Positions 20,330 through 30,325 of a stretch of DNA of 64,000 bases are shown piece after piece. The stretch is from Leifsonia sp. (GTDB lineage: Bacteria > Actinomycetota > Actinomycetes > Actinomycetales > Microbacteriaceae). Within the stretch, counting starts at the first letter, position 1. Each line of letters opens with the position of its first letter. The stretch is from positions 868 through 64,867 of the forward strand of contig JBEVEO010000176.1 of NCBI GenBank assembly GCA_040512695.1, written 5' to 3'. Position numbers and translations under genes: made by a program. A model generated the notes under the pieces. The model worked only from the letters and a program-made list of their open reading frames with translations, was not told the origin of the DNA and did no database searches.

Positions 20330-21043
20330 CTACACGTGGCCGATGCCGAAGTTCCACGGCGCGAAGATGACCGTGCCGTCTTGCCGGTACAAGTTCTGGC
20401 CTGAGACCGAGTTCGAGTTGGAGTACGGCGAGCCGGGCTGCTGCTCGCCGATCGGCGGCCCGTGCTCGGCCTGGATCTGGTTGAACCCGCCGTCCTCGAC
20501 GAAGGGTTCGTCCATGTACGTCGCGAGCCAGCGGAGATCATCGCCGGGCTTGAAGCCCTGGATCGTGGCGACGCTGATCGAGCGCGGCCCGAGGGCGGGG
20601 GCGGAGAACATCACCGACACGTTCATGTCGGACTCGAAGCCGCCGTTCTCGTGGTCGTCTCTCAGCTCGAACCCGTCCCAGGAGTAGGTGGTGGTCGGCT
20701 GGGACTCGTTTCCGCCGGGAGTGTCCTCGATGGCAGGTGCGGCGCCCAGGAGGTCGGTGAACAGGTCGACATAGAGCTCGGCGTCAGCGTCGTAGGAGAG
20801 CGTGAGCCGCTCGGTGCCCGCCGTGTCGAGGAACTGGAGCATCTCCGGCCGCACCACGATGGACGTGATGGCGGCACGAGTCTCGGCTGCGGGATCCGGC
20901 GCGGTCGTGATGGTCGGCGCCGCGGTCGGCGTCGGGTCGGGCTTGCCCGTCGGCTTCGGCGACGGGGCTGAGGTGCACCCGACGACGAGCAGGGTTGCGG
21001 CCAGCGCGATCACGGTGGTCCCGATGACTGAGTATCTCGACAT
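20330..21043 (-). CDS. Hypothetical lipoprotein
   Basis: Signal peptide with LVVGC lipobox, Pro/Thr linker, acidic globular domain. Confidence 0.75.
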   Translation of the reverse strand: MSRYSVIGTTVIALAATLLVVGCTSAPSPKPTGKPDPTPTAAPTITTAPDPAAETRAAITSIVVRPEMLQFLDTAGTERLTLSYDADAELYVDLFTDLLGAAPAIEDTPGGNESQPTTTYSWDGFELRDDHENGGFESDMNVSVMFSAPALGPRSISVATIQGFKPGDDLRWLATYMDEPFVEDGGFNQIQAEHGPPIGEQQPGSPYSNSNSVSGQNLYRQDGTVIFAPWNFGIGHV

Positions 21044-21185
21044 TCACTGCCTCCTGATCTGTACCTTATGGTCGCCGACGGTGGTGCAGCGGCGCCGGAT
21101 GACGACGGTCTCGTAACGAAAGCCGCGGCCCTGCGCCCACGGGGCAGCGGCGGATGCGCCGCGGGCGCGAACGTAGACTTGGGGG

Positions 21186-23171
21186 GTGATGCGCACCGCT
21201 CGAGTCCTCGGCCCGGCCGTGCTCCTGGCGGCGGCGCTGATCTCGCTCGTCGTCGCGCTGTCCTACGGCGGCGGCGCGGCACCGCAGGCCCTCGAGGACC
21301 CGGGTGCGATCGTGCGCTGGGGCCTTCCGATCGCGAAGCTGTTCGTGAACCTCGGTGCCGCCGGCATGATCGGCGCGCTCGTGCTGGTGTGCTGGGTGCT
21401 CAGCTCCAGGGAGCGCGAATTCGACGTCGCCCTCGACGTCGCGGCTGCATCGGCCGCGGTGTTCACCGTGGCATCGGCGGCGACCGGGTTCATCACCTTC
21501 CTCTCCGTCACCAACACCCCCCTCACCTTCGACGACCGGTTCGGCGCGACGCTCAGCCAGTTCCTCACGGCCATCCCGCTGGGGCAGGCGTGGTTGTCCA
21601 CCACGTTGATCGGCGCACTCGTGACCGTGCTCTGCTTCGCGGTGCGCAACCAGACCGCGCTGGTCTTCGTCACCCTGGTCGCCATCGCCGCCCTCGTGCC
21701 CATGGCCCAGCAGGGCCACGCCGCCGGGACCGCCGGCCACAACGCCGCGATCATCGCCCTCGGACTGCACCTGATCTTCGCCGCCGTCTGGCTGGGGGGT
21801 CTGATCACGATCGTGCTGCTCCGCTCGCGGTTCACCACCGGCCGCCTCGTCGTCGTGCTCGGCCGCTATTCCACCATCGCCCTGGTCTGCTTCATCGTCG
21901 TCGCCGTCTCGGGCTACGTGAGCGCGGCCCTCCGGGTCGGGACCTTCTCGAACCTCCTCACGCCATACGGGGTGCTGGTGTTCGGCAAGGTGGCCGCACT
22001 GCTGGCGCTCGGATGCTTCGGTGCCGTGCAGCGCCGCTACGCCATCGGGCGCATGAGCGGACTGGCCGCCGGACCCGGCGCATCCGCCTCGGCGGGCGAC
22101 CGCTGGTTCTGGGGACTCGTCGTCGCCGAACTCGCCTTCATGGGCATCGCATCCGGACTCGCGGCTGCGCTGGCCCGCACGGGCACCCCGATCGCCGAGA
22201 CCATCTCGTCCGGCGTGCGCTCGCCGGCCGAACTGCTCACGGGGGAGCCGCTGCCGCCCGTGCTCACAGCGGAGCGCTACCTGACGGCCTGGGACTTCGA
22301 CCTGCTCTGGGTGCTGGCCTGCGCGTTCGGCGTGTTCTTCTATCTCGCCGGCGTCTGGCGCATGCACCGCCGTGGCGACCGCTGGCCGATCTTCCGCACC
22401 ATCTCCTGGGTGGCGGGCATGGCTGTGCTGTTCTACGTCACGAGCGGGGCCGTGGCACTCTACGGGCAGTACCAGTTCTCCACCCACATGCTCGCGCACA
22501 TGTCGCTCACCATGGCGGTCCCGGTGCTGCTCGTGCCCGGCGCGCCCGTGACCCTCGCGCTCCGCGCCATCCGTCCCCGCAAGGACGGCAGCCGCGGCAG
22601 CCGCGAGTGGATCATGATCGCCGTGCACTCGAAGTTCGCCTCGGTCATCGCCAATCCGATCGTCGCGGCCGTGCTGTTCGCCTCGTCACTGTGGATCTTC
22701 TACTTCACCCCGCTGTTCAGCTGGGCCACGACGGACCACCTCGGCCACGAGTGGATGACGGTGCACTTCCTGATCACCGGCTACCTGTTCGTGCAGTCGA
22801 TCATCGGCATCGACCCGGTCCCCTATCGCCTGCCGTACCCGTTCCGCCTGCTGCTCCTGCTGCTCACGATGGCGTTCCACGCCTTCTTCGGCCTGGCCAT
22901 CATGACCGGCACCGGACTGCTGCTGGCGGACTGGTACGGGGCCATGGGCTGGGGAACGGATGCCCTGGTCGACCAGCAGCTCGGCGGCGGCATCGCCTGG
23001 AGCGTCGGCGAGATCCCGACCGTGGCACTGGCCATCGCCGTGGCCGTGCAGTGGAGCCGCGCCGACGAGCGGGAGACCAAGCGCAGGGACCGCAACGCGG
23101 ATCGCACGGGCGAAGCGGAGCTCGAGGCGTACAACGCCCGTCTGGGCGCTCTCGCCCGACGCGATTCCTGA
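21186..23171 (+). CDS. CopD + CtaG (cytochrome c oxidase caa3 assembly factor) fusion membrane protein
   Basis: N-terminal GHAA..H..LHL..AAVWLGGL (CopD-like); C-terminal FSTHMLAH, H..HF, HAFFG, DQQLGG (CtaG-like). Confidence 0.88.
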   Translation: MMRTARVLGPAVLLAAALISLVVALSYGGGAAPQALEDPGAIVRWGLPIAKLFVNLGAAGMIGALVLVCWVLSSREREFDVALDVAAASAAVFTVASAATGFITFLSVTNTPLTFDDRFGATLSQFLTAIPLGQAWLSTTLIGALVTVLCFAVRNQTALVFVTLVAIAALVPMAQQGHAAGTAGHNAAIIALGLHLIFAAVWLGGLITIVLLRSRFTTGRLVVVLGRYSTIALVCFIVVAVSGYVSAALRVGTFSNLLTPYGVLVFGKVAALLALGCFGAVQRRYAIGRMSGLAAGPGASASAGDRWFWGLVVAELAFMGIASGLAAALARTGTPIAETISSGVRSPAELLTGEPLPPVLTAERYLTAWDFDLLWVLACAFGVFFYLAGVWRMHRRGDRWPIFRTISWVAGMAVLFYVTSGAVALYGQYQFSTHMLAHMSLTMAVPVLLVPGAPVTLALRAIRPRKDGSRGSREWIMIAVHSKFASVIANPIVAAVLFASSLWIFYFTPLFSWATTDHLGHEWMTVHFLITGYLFVQSIIGIDPVPYRLPYPFRLLLLLLTMAFHAFFGLAIMTGTGLLLADWYGAMGWGTDALVDQQLGGGIAWSVGEIPTVALAIAVAVQWSRADERETKRRDRNADRTGEAELEAYNARLGALARRDS

Positions 23172-23186
23172 ACGGAACCCTCCGGC

Positions 23187-24506
23187 TCAGTGCAGCTGGA
23201 TGTTGAGGGCGCCGTCATCACCGAGGGTGACGGTGGCTCCCATCGAGAACGGCTCGTCCTGGTCGAGGGTCGACTCGTCGCCGTCGAAGAGCGACTGCAC
23301 CTCCACGACGACGTGCGCGGTGCCGGTGGTGCTCGGCACCTCGAACGCCGTCGGGCCGGCCGTGATGGTGACCACCGGGTACGCGACGATCGACCAGACC
23401 GGGTCGCCGATCACGCGATCGTCGATCACCGTTCCGAACGGGCATCCGGTCGGCTGCAGCACCTTCTGGGTGGCGCACTGGTCGAGGAAGCCGTTGATCT
23501 CGCGCTGCACCTGGTCGACGAGGGCTGCGGTCGGCTGCACGTCGATGACGACATCGGTGACGCCCGGCTTCAGCACGACGACGTCCTGGGGTTCGGCGGC
23601 GAGCTGCACGCTCGAGCGGCTGAACTCGTAGATCGTCGGCGTGAGCACGAGGTAGGAGGCCGAGTTGTCGAACGACGGCGCGGCGTCCGCCGGCGCGTGG
23701 GCGCGGGCGTCGAGCGTGAGCTCGTTCACGGTGAAGGTGGTGTCGTGCTGGACGGTCACGGCCACGGCGCCGATCGGACTGGTCGCGAATCGCCAGGCCG
23801 GGAAGACGGCGGCCCACGTCCCGTTCCGCTCCACGTCGAAGCTCACCCGATGATCGGTCCCCCCGAGGCGCACGCTGGCCACGACGGTGTGCCGCCCATC
23901 GCCGTCGTCGGTGTCGCTCAGGATGCTGCTCGATGACGGACCGTGGAGCACCGAGTCGCGCAGCAGCGTCGTCGCGGCGTCGGCCGGCAGCCCTGCCGCT
24001 GCGAGTTCGGCACTGTCGATCGCCACCCCGGGCATCGCGAGGGCGGCCGACGCGTCCCCGTCCTGGAGGGCGGCGAGATACTGCTCCACGAAGCCGGAGG
24101 CGCTGTACACGGTGCGCCCGAGGGCGCCGATGGCCGACACGAGCGCGGCGACCAGCAGGATCGCCAGTCCCGCCCAGAGGAGGGCGGCGAGCACGGGGGT
24201 GGTGACGCGGCTCGGCTCGCGCGGGTCTGGCGCGACGGAGACGCCGGGAGCCGTCACCGCGCCGGACAGGATGGCTCCCGCGCGGGGCCGTGTCGCCTCG
24301 AGTCCGGCGGCGTGCGCGCCGACATGCCCGATGCCGAGTTCCCGGTCGGAGACGACGGGGACGGGCACGGTGATGCCGAACGGGCTCGTGGCCGGTACCC
24401 GGGTGGCTTCGCGATCGGGATCGTCCTGCGGCTGCACGTGGGGCGGCTCGGTGTCGGGACCGTGCTCGAGCCCGGCCGTCCGCTCGTCCTCCGCCCCGGG
24501 TTCCAC
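23187..24506 (-). CDS. Hypothetical single-TM membrane protein
   Basis: Disordered N-terminus, one TM helix, extracellular domain with C..GCPF; -10 TAGAAT 6 nt before GTG. Confidence 0.7.
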   Translation of the reverse strand: MEPGAEDERTAGLEHGPDTEPPHVQPQDDPDREATRVPATSPFGITVPVPVVSDRELGIGHVGAHAAGLEATRPRAGAILSGAVTAPGVSVAPDPREPSRVTTPVLAALLWAGLAILLVAALVSAIGALGRTVYSASGFVEQYLAALQDGDASAALAMPGVAIDSAELAAAGLPADAATTLLRDSVLHGPSSSSILSDTDDGDGRHTVVASVRLGGTDHRVSFDVERNGTWAAVFPAWRFATSPIGAVAVTVQHDTTFTVNELTLDARAHAPADAAPSFDNSASYLVLTPTIYEFSRSSVQLAAEPQDVVVLKPGVTDVVIDVQPTAALVDQVQREINGFLDQCATQKVLQPTGCPFGTVIDDRVIGDPVWSIVAYPVVTITAGPTAFEVPSTTGTAHVVVEVQSLFDGDESTLDQDEPFSMGATVTLGDDGALNIQLH

Positions 24507-24593
24507 GCAGTCATTCTATGGTCGAGGCGCTGGACGGCGTCCGCGCGGTGTGCGGCCGGTACAGTGGACAGACCTCCCGCACGAAAGGACGCC

Positions 24594-25892
24594 GTGTCGT
24601 TCCCCGCCCTGTCGGCCGAACAGGCCGCGGTCTTCCAGGCGATCGAGGGCACCCGCGATCACGTCTTCGTGACGGGCCGGGCGGGAACCGGCAAGTCCAC
24701 TCTCCTCAACCACCTCAACTGGCACACCGAGAAGCAGATCGTCATCTGCGCCCCGACGGGCGTCGCGGCTTTGAACGTGGGCGGCCAGACCATCCACTCC
24801 CTGTTCCGCCTGCCGATCGGGCTGATCGCCGATCACGAGATCGAGCAGAACGACGTCACGCGCAAGCTCCTCAACACGATCGACACCCTGGTCGTCGACG
24901 AGGTGAGCATGGTGAGCGCCGACCTCCTCGACGCCATGGATCGCAGCCTCCGGAAGGCCAGGCAGAAGCCGTTCACCCCGTTCGGCGGGGTCCAGGTCGT
25001 ACTGTTCGGCGATCCGTACCAGCTCGCTCCCGTTCCGGGAGACGCGGACGAGCGGGCCTACTTCACCGACCACTACCGCTCGCTGTGGTTCTTCGACGCG
25101 AAGGTGTGGGAGGAGGCGTCGCTGCGGATCTTCGAGCTCGGGCAGATCCATCGGCAGCGCGACGCCGACTTCCGGATGATGCTGAACGCCGTGCGGCACG
25201 GCCAGGTGACGGCGGAGATCGGCGGCCAGCTGAACGGGTTCGGCGCCCGCAGGCCCATCCCCGACGACGGCGTCATCACGCTCGCGACCCGCAACGACGC
25301 GGTCAATCGCATCAATGCGAGCGCCCTCCACCGCCTGGCCGGCACGTCGCAGGCCAACGAGGCCGACATCTCGGGCGACTTCGCGGGCCGCGCCTACCCT
25401 GCCGACCTCAGGCTCGAGCTCAAGGTGGGGGCGCAGGTGATGTTCCTCCGCAATGACAGCCCCATCGACGGCGGTCCGCGCTGGGTGAACGGCACCATCG
25501 GCACCGTCACCGCGATCGCGGACACGGTGCACGTCGAGGTGGACGGCGAGGAGCACGAGGTGGAGCCTGCGACATGGGAGAAGTACAAGTACAGCTACGA
25601 CCCCGTGACCAAGAAGCTCGCGAAGGACATCGTCGCGGAGTTCACGCAGTTCCCGCTCCGCTTGGCGTGGGCCGTGACCATCCACAAGTCGCAGGGAGCG
25701 AGCTATGACACGGCGGTCATCGACCTCGGCCCTCGGGCGTTCAGCCCGGGACAGACCTATGTCGCGCTCAGCCGGCTGACACGCCTCGACGGCCTCTACC
25801 TCGCCCGTCCGCTGCGGCCGAGCGACATCATCGTCGACGACGACGTCCGCCGCTTCATGGAGACGGCGGGGACCGACCCGATCGAGGCCTGA
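24594..25892 (+). CDS. Pif1/RecD-like SF1B DNA helicase
   Basis: GRAGTGKST, DEVSMV, FGDPYQL, QFPLRLAWAVTIHKSQG, YVALSR; GAAAGGA RBS. Confidence 0.92.
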   Translation: MSFPALSAEQAAVFQAIEGTRDHVFVTGRAGTGKSTLLNHLNWHTEKQIVICAPTGVAALNVGGQTIHSLFRLPIGLIADHEIEQNDVTRKLLNTIDTLVVDEVSMVSADLLDAMDRSLRKARQKPFTPFGGVQVVLFGDPYQLAPVPGDADERAYFTDHYRSLWFFDAKVWEEASLRIFELGQIHRQRDADFRMMLNAVRHGQVTAEIGGQLNGFGARRPIPDDGVITLATRNDAVNRINASALHRLAGTSQANEADISGDFAGRAYPADLRLELKVGAQVMFLRNDSPIDGGPRWVNGTIGTVTAIADTVHVEVDGEEHEVEPATWEKYKYSYDPVTKKLAKDIVAEFTQFPLRLAWAVTIHKSQGASYDTAVIDLGPRAFSPGQTYVALSRLTRLDGLYLARPLRPSDIIVDDDVRRFMETAGTDPIEA

Positions 25893-25905
25893 TCCCGTCG
25901 GCGAC

Positions 25906-26481
25906 TCAGTGGTCGTGACCGGTCGGTACCTCGAAGCTGATGCCGTGCTCCCCGTGCGGGACCGCGTGCCGGCCGGCCTCGGTCGCGGCCAGGGCCGGTG
26001 TGGCCATGGCGCCCACGATCACGGCAGCCGATGCGAGCGCCCCGATGAACCGCCAGGCGCCCCGCTCGTCCGACCCCGCGCCGGCGCCGGGCGCATCCGC
26101 CGCCCTGACCCTCCGTGCGCACGCGATGGCGATGAACAGCGTGAAGGCCGTCGCGACGAGCAGCGGCAGGACGGGGACGGCTGCGGCCGGATCGGCCAGT
26201 CCGACGGCGCCGAGCGTGAAGGCCGTCGCCACCCAGGCCACGGACGAGGATGCCGAGACCACGAGGGCGGTGCGGGCGAGGACGATGCGCTCTGCCCTGA
26301 GCACCGCGACGGCCCACGTGATCTCGGCGGTACCGATCACGGCGAGCACGACCGCCAGGAGCGGCGGTGCGCTCGCCGCTACGGCGAGATGGACGAGCCC
26401 GGCTCCCACCGCGGCCACAGGGGGCCAGGTTCGGGTCACCGGACCGGTGGCCGCAGAGCCGGGGCGCGTCCATCCGTTCAT
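25906..26481 (-). CDS. Hypothetical membrane protein with His-rich C-tail
   Basis: About five TM segments, GAGLVH, ATPALAATEAG, ends HGEH..GHDH. Confidence 0.7.
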   Translation of the reverse strand: MNGWTRPGSAATGPVTRTWPPVAAVGAGLVHLAVAASAPPLLAVVLAVIGTAEITWAVAVLRAERIVLARTALVVSASSSVAWVATAFTLGAVGLADPAAAVPVLPLLVATAFTLFIAIACARRVRAADAPGAGAGSDERGAWRFIGALASAAVIVGAMATPALAATEAGRHAVPHGEHGISFEVPTGHDH

Positions 26482-26486
26482 GGGGC

Positions 26487-26900
26487 TCAGGCCACCCGGG
26501 CGTCGGCGCGGGTGGAACGCTCGGCACCGACTCCGACTCCGAGCAGCAGGATCGCGCTGGCGAGGTGGAGGAAGTGGTCGGGCGTGTTCAGGGCCAGGAT
26601 GTTCGCGGGAGTGCCGACGAGGAAGAAGCCGACGATTCCGAGAAGCAGGTAGGCGGCACCGACGACGGTGTTGACGCCCTTCGCCGCTGGCACGCTCCGC
26701 AGGCCGCCGATGAGGAGGGCGGCGCCGATCAGGAGGTGGGCGATGTTGTGCAGTGGGTTGACCTCGAAGAGTCCGAGGAGGAGCCCTCCGTTCGTCGCGA
26801 TGAAGTCCACGCCGCTGGTGACGAAGAAGCCGAGGACTCCGACGAGCAGATAGACGGCGCCGAAGATGACTCCGATGATGCGGTTGGGTGATGAACTCAT
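26487..26900 (-). CDS. DUF4383-like membrane protein
   Basis: GAVYLLVGVLGF, LLGLFEVNPLHNIAHLLIG, LNTPDHFLHL; GGAGG RBS. Confidence 0.85.
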   Translation of the reverse strand: MSSSPNRIIGVIFGAVYLLVGVLGFFVTSGVDFIATNGGLLLGLFEVNPLHNIAHLLIGAALLIGGLRSVPAAKGVNTVVGAAYLLLGIVGFFLVGTPANILALNTPDHFLHLASAILLLGVGVGAERSTRADARVA

Positions 26901-26949
26901 GGTGATTGCCTCCAGTTTTCCTGCGACGACATCCGCCGTGCATGGGGGA

Positions 26950-26978
26950 GTTCGCCGCGGTGTCCCCGATCGGATTGG
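26950..26978 (-). promoter_or_regulatory. Possible ECF (SigK-like) promoter for the DUF4383 operon
   Basis: Minus strand CCAATCC-17nt-CGAAC, similar to the SigK CCATCC/CGAA elements as I recall them. Confidence 0.4.
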
Positions 26979-27062
26979 TGGTCTGTTCGTTACCGCGCGG
27001 AGGCGCCGGGAAGGGCGGGGCGGCGGATAGAATCGCAACAGCGCAGCGCGAGGGGGATCGAC

Positions 27063-28352
27063 GTGGCCATCAGGAGACGAGTGCGGGGCATAGCCGGTGC
27101 GGCGATGCTCGGGATCGTCGCGCTCATCGCCACCGGATGCACGGCGACCGGATCGGCCGCGGCCGGCGTGCACGAGCAGGTCGACACGCCGTTCGCGAAG
27201 AGTGTCGAGGATTCGCTCAGCCAGGCCCTCGACAGTGCGATCGCACTGTCGGCGTCGACCGGGGGAGTGGCCGGCGTCTGGGCACCGTGGGCGGGGGAGT
27301 GGACCGCCGCCCGTGGCAAGACCAGCATCGAGAAGGGTGCCGCCCTGACCCTGGACACCCACTTCCGCATCGGACAGCTCACGCAGGGGATGACCTGCAC
27401 GGTCCTCCTGCGGCTCGTGGACGAGAAGAAGGTGACCCTCGACACCACCGTCGCGGAGTTGCTCCCCTCGATCCCCGGAACCGGGGCGATCACCCTCGGC
27501 CAGCTCTGCCAGGGCACGTCGGGCCTCGCGGACACGCACGGCATCCTCGCCGGCCAGTACGCGGCCAACCCGGAGCGCCCATGGCCGGCCATCGAGCTGG
27601 TCTCCAACGCCCTCGCCCTGCCGCGCATCGCCGACCCCGGCGACATCGCCGCGCCGTCCGACGCCGGCTACATGCTGCTCGCGCTCGCCCTCGAGGCCGC
27701 CAGCGGCCGCCCGTGGAACGACCTCTACCACGATCACGTGCTCTCCCCCCTCGGGCTCACCGAGACCACCATTCCCGGCGCGGCGACGGTCGAGGTGCCC
27801 GGGGTCCACCCGGCCGGCTACCTCGCCCCGCGGGCGGCCGACGGCACAGTGGCCTGCGACGCCGTCGCCGACGTCTCACGGCTCTCGCCGTCCATGGGGT
27901 GGACCTCGTCGGGGGCGGTGTCCACCGTTCCCGAGCTCAAGACCTGGGTGCAGGCCCTCGCGGCCGGGTCGCTGCTCAGCGACAAGTCCGCGAAGGCCCA
28001 GTGGTCGACCATCCCCATCGGGGTCGACGTCCCGCAGTGGCAGGGCTTCGGACTGGGCGCGACCCAGATCGGGCCGATGCGCGGCGGTTCGGCGAGCATG
28101 GGCGGCTACCTGACGGCGGCGTACTCCGATCCGCAGTCCGGCCTCACGGTGGTGGTCATGCTGAACAACGCGACGGCGGGACCCGACTTCGCGAAGTCGT
28201 TCGCCCTCGAGCTCGCATCGCTCGGTGCCCGCGCCGATGCGGCGGCCGGCTCGGGATCCGAGAAGCCGGTCATCGAGCTTCCATGGTCGGCCGAGCAGAT
28301 GGCCGAGGCGCTCACCGCAGCCGCCGTGTGCCAGCCCGCTCCGGCCCCCTGA
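27063..28352 (+). CDS. Beta-lactamase/serine-hydrolase fold lipoprotein with degenerate active site
   Basis: Lipobox ATGC; FRIG, ITLGQL..GTSGL, PLGLTET motifs; SxxK reads QLTQ. Confidence 0.8.
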   Translation: MAIRRRVRGIAGAAMLGIVALIATGCTATGSAAAGVHEQVDTPFAKSVEDSLSQALDSAIALSASTGGVAGVWAPWAGEWTAARGKTSIEKGAALTLDTHFRIGQLTQGMTCTVLLRLVDEKKVTLDTTVAELLPSIPGTGAITLGQLCQGTSGLADTHGILAGQYAANPERPWPAIELVSNALALPRIADPGDIAAPSDAGYMLLALALEAASGRPWNDLYHDHVLSPLGLTETTIPGAATVEVPGVHPAGYLAPRAADGTVACDAVADVSRLSPSMGWTSSGAVSTVPELKTWVQALAAGSLLSDKSAKAQWSTIPIGVDVPQWQGFGLGATQIGPMRGGSASMGGYLTAAYSDPQSGLTVVVMLNNATAGPDFAKSFALELASLGARADAAAGSGSEKPVIELPWSAEQMAEALTAAAVCQPAPAP

Positions 28353-28374
28353 TCAGGCTGAGCCGGCGGGTCGT

Positions 28375-29148
28375 TCAGGCTCTGCCGGTGAACGTGGCCT
28401 TCCGCTTCTCCTGGAACGCCGCGAAGCCCTCGCGGTAGTCGGCGGTCTCGCCGAGCGACGCCTGGGCCCGGTTCTCGGCGGCCATCGACTGCCAGAGTCC
28501 CAGGCGCTCGTCGCGCAGCGCCGCGATGATGCGCTTGCTCTCGCGGAACGCCTGGGTCGGGCCCGCTGCGGCCGCCCTGGCCGCCTCGCGCGTCGCATCC
28601 GTCACGCGTTCGGCGGGGAAGGACTGCGAGAACAGGCCGGAGGCGACGGCCTCCGCCCCGCTCATGAGGCGACCGGTGTAGATGAGATCGAGGGCCCGGT
28701 GGGCGCCGAGCCGCTCGAAGAAGAGCGCGTGGCCGCCGGAGTCGAGCGTCGCGCCGATGGCGGCGAACGGGGAGCCTATTCTGGCGTCGTCTGCGACGTA
28801 GACGACGTCGGTGGCGATGAGCAGGCCGAGCCCCACTCCGAGGCAGGCCCCGTGGGCCACGGCGAACGTGGGGGCTGGGAAGCGGCTCATGCGCTGGAGC
28901 AGCGGGGTGACCTCGCCGCCGAGATACGCCAGGACGTCGTCGTGCCGGGGGTCGACGTGGGAGATGTCGCGACCCGCGCAGAACGCACGGCCCTCGCCAC
29001 GGAGCACGAGGGCGCGGACGTTGGACCGCTCGGCCTCGATGTATGCGGCATCGAGTTCCGCGATCGCCGCGCCGTCGAGGGCGTTGAGCTTGCCCGGTGC
29101 GTCGAGCACGATCTCGGCGACTCCGTCGTGAACGGTCAGGTCGATCAT
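28375..29148 (-). CDS. paaG: Enoyl-CoA hydratase/isomerase, PaaG-like
   Basis: AFCAGRD, LDSGG (Asp-type isomerase motif), EGFAAFQEKR; last gene of the paaABCDE operon. Confidence 0.75.
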   Translation of the reverse strand: MIDLTVHDGVAEIVLDAPGKLNALDGAAIAELDAAYIEAERSNVRALVLRGEGRAFCAGRDISHVDPRHDDVLAYLGGEVTPLLQRMSRFPAPTFAVAHGACLGVGLGLLIATDVVYVADDARIGSPFAAIGATLDSGGHALFFERLGAHRALDLIYTGRLMSGAEAVASGLFSQSFPAERVTDATREAARAAAAGPTQAFRESKRIIAALRDERLGLWQSMAAENRAQASLGETADYREGFAAFQEKRKATFTGRA

Positions 29149-29170
29149 CCGCAGCTCTTCTCGCTCGGGG

Positions 29171-30325
29171 TCAGACGTCGTAGTCGACGACGACGTGGTT
29201 GCTCTCGGGGTGCGACTGGCAGGTGAGCACGTAGCCGCGCTCGAGCTCGTCGGGTTCCAGGGCGTAGTTCTCGCTCATCCGCACCCGGCCGTCGACGAGG
29301 CGCGCCCGGCAGGTGCCGCATACGCCGCCGGCGCAGGCGAACGGCACGTCGGGCCGCACCCGCAGCGCCGCATTGAGGATGGACTCGTTGGCGCTCACGG
29401 GGCTCTCCACGCCGGCCGACTGGCCGTCGAGCGTGAAGTCGAGCCGCCAGGTCGCCTCGCCGGAGCGCACCACCACCGGGCGGCCGGCATCGCCCGTCGC
29501 CTGGTCAGGCTCACCCGTGGTGAACAGTTCGAATCGGATGCTCCGCGGATCGACGCCGACGTCGGCGAGGGTGTCGCGGCAGAGCTGCACGAGATCGAAC
29601 GGTCCGCACAGGAACCACTCGTCGACCGTGCGGGGCGGGATGAGCGTGGCGAGCATGCGGCGCAGCTTCTCCTCATCGATGCGCCCGCTGAGGAGCGGGG
29701 CGGTGCGCTGCTCACGGGACAGCACGTGGTGCAGGGCGAGCCGGGCGGGGTAGCGGTCCTTGAGGTCGGCGAGCTCCTCGAGGAACATCACGTCGAGCGT
29801 CGAGCGGTTCGTGTAGACGAGGGTGAAGCGCGCGGTGCTGGATCGGGCGAGGACGGTGTGGGCGAGCGCCATGAGGGGAGTGACGCCCGACCCGGCAGCG
29901 ATGCCGACGATGTGCCGGTCGTCGAGGTCGGGGAGGTCGCTCGTGAAGGTGCCCTGCGGGCTCATGACGTCGATGCGATCGCCCGGGCGCAGCTCGCTGT
30001 TGGCCCATCCGGAGAATCGGCCGCCGAGGTCGCGCTTGATGGCGACCGTCACGCTGCCGGGCGACGGGGCGCGGCACAGCGAGTAGCTGCGGCGCAGCTC
30101 ACGACCGTCGATGGTGGCGCGCAGCGCGACGTGCTGCCCGGGGATGTAGTCGTACTCGCCCGCCAGCTCATCGGGAACCGCGAAGGTGACCTCGACGCTG
30201 TCGGCGGTGAGCGGTCGCACCGCGGCGACCTCGAGTTCGTGGAAGCGGCCCCGGGTGCGCTCGCGCCGCCGCTGCGGCGTCGCGGGCTCGTGGAGGCCCG
30301 TCGAGCCGAGGTCGGTCGCCGGCAT
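29171..30325 (-). CDS. paaE: Phenylacetyl-CoA epoxidase reductase subunit
   Basis: RRSYS (FAD), AAGSGVTP, LCGP, CAGGVCGTC..C 2Fe-2S. Confidence 0.93.
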   Translation of the reverse strand: MPATDLGSTGLHEPATPQRRRERTRGRFHELEVAAVRPLTADSVEVTFAVPDELAGEYDYIPGQHVALRATIDGRELRRSYSLCRAPSPGSVTVAIKRDLGGRFSGWANSELRPGDRIDVMSPQGTFTSDLPDLDDRHIVGIAAGSGVTPLMALAHTVLARSSTARFTLVYTNRSTLDVMFLEELADLKDRYPARLALHHVLSREQRTAPLLSGRIDEEKLRRMLATLIPPRTVDEWFLCGPFDLVQLCRDTLADVGVDPRSIRFELFTTGEPDQATGDAGRPVVVRSGEATWRLDFTLDGQSAGVESPVSANESILNAALRVRPDVPFACAGGVCGTCRARLVDGRVRMSENYALEPDELERGYVLTCQSHPESNHVVVDYDV

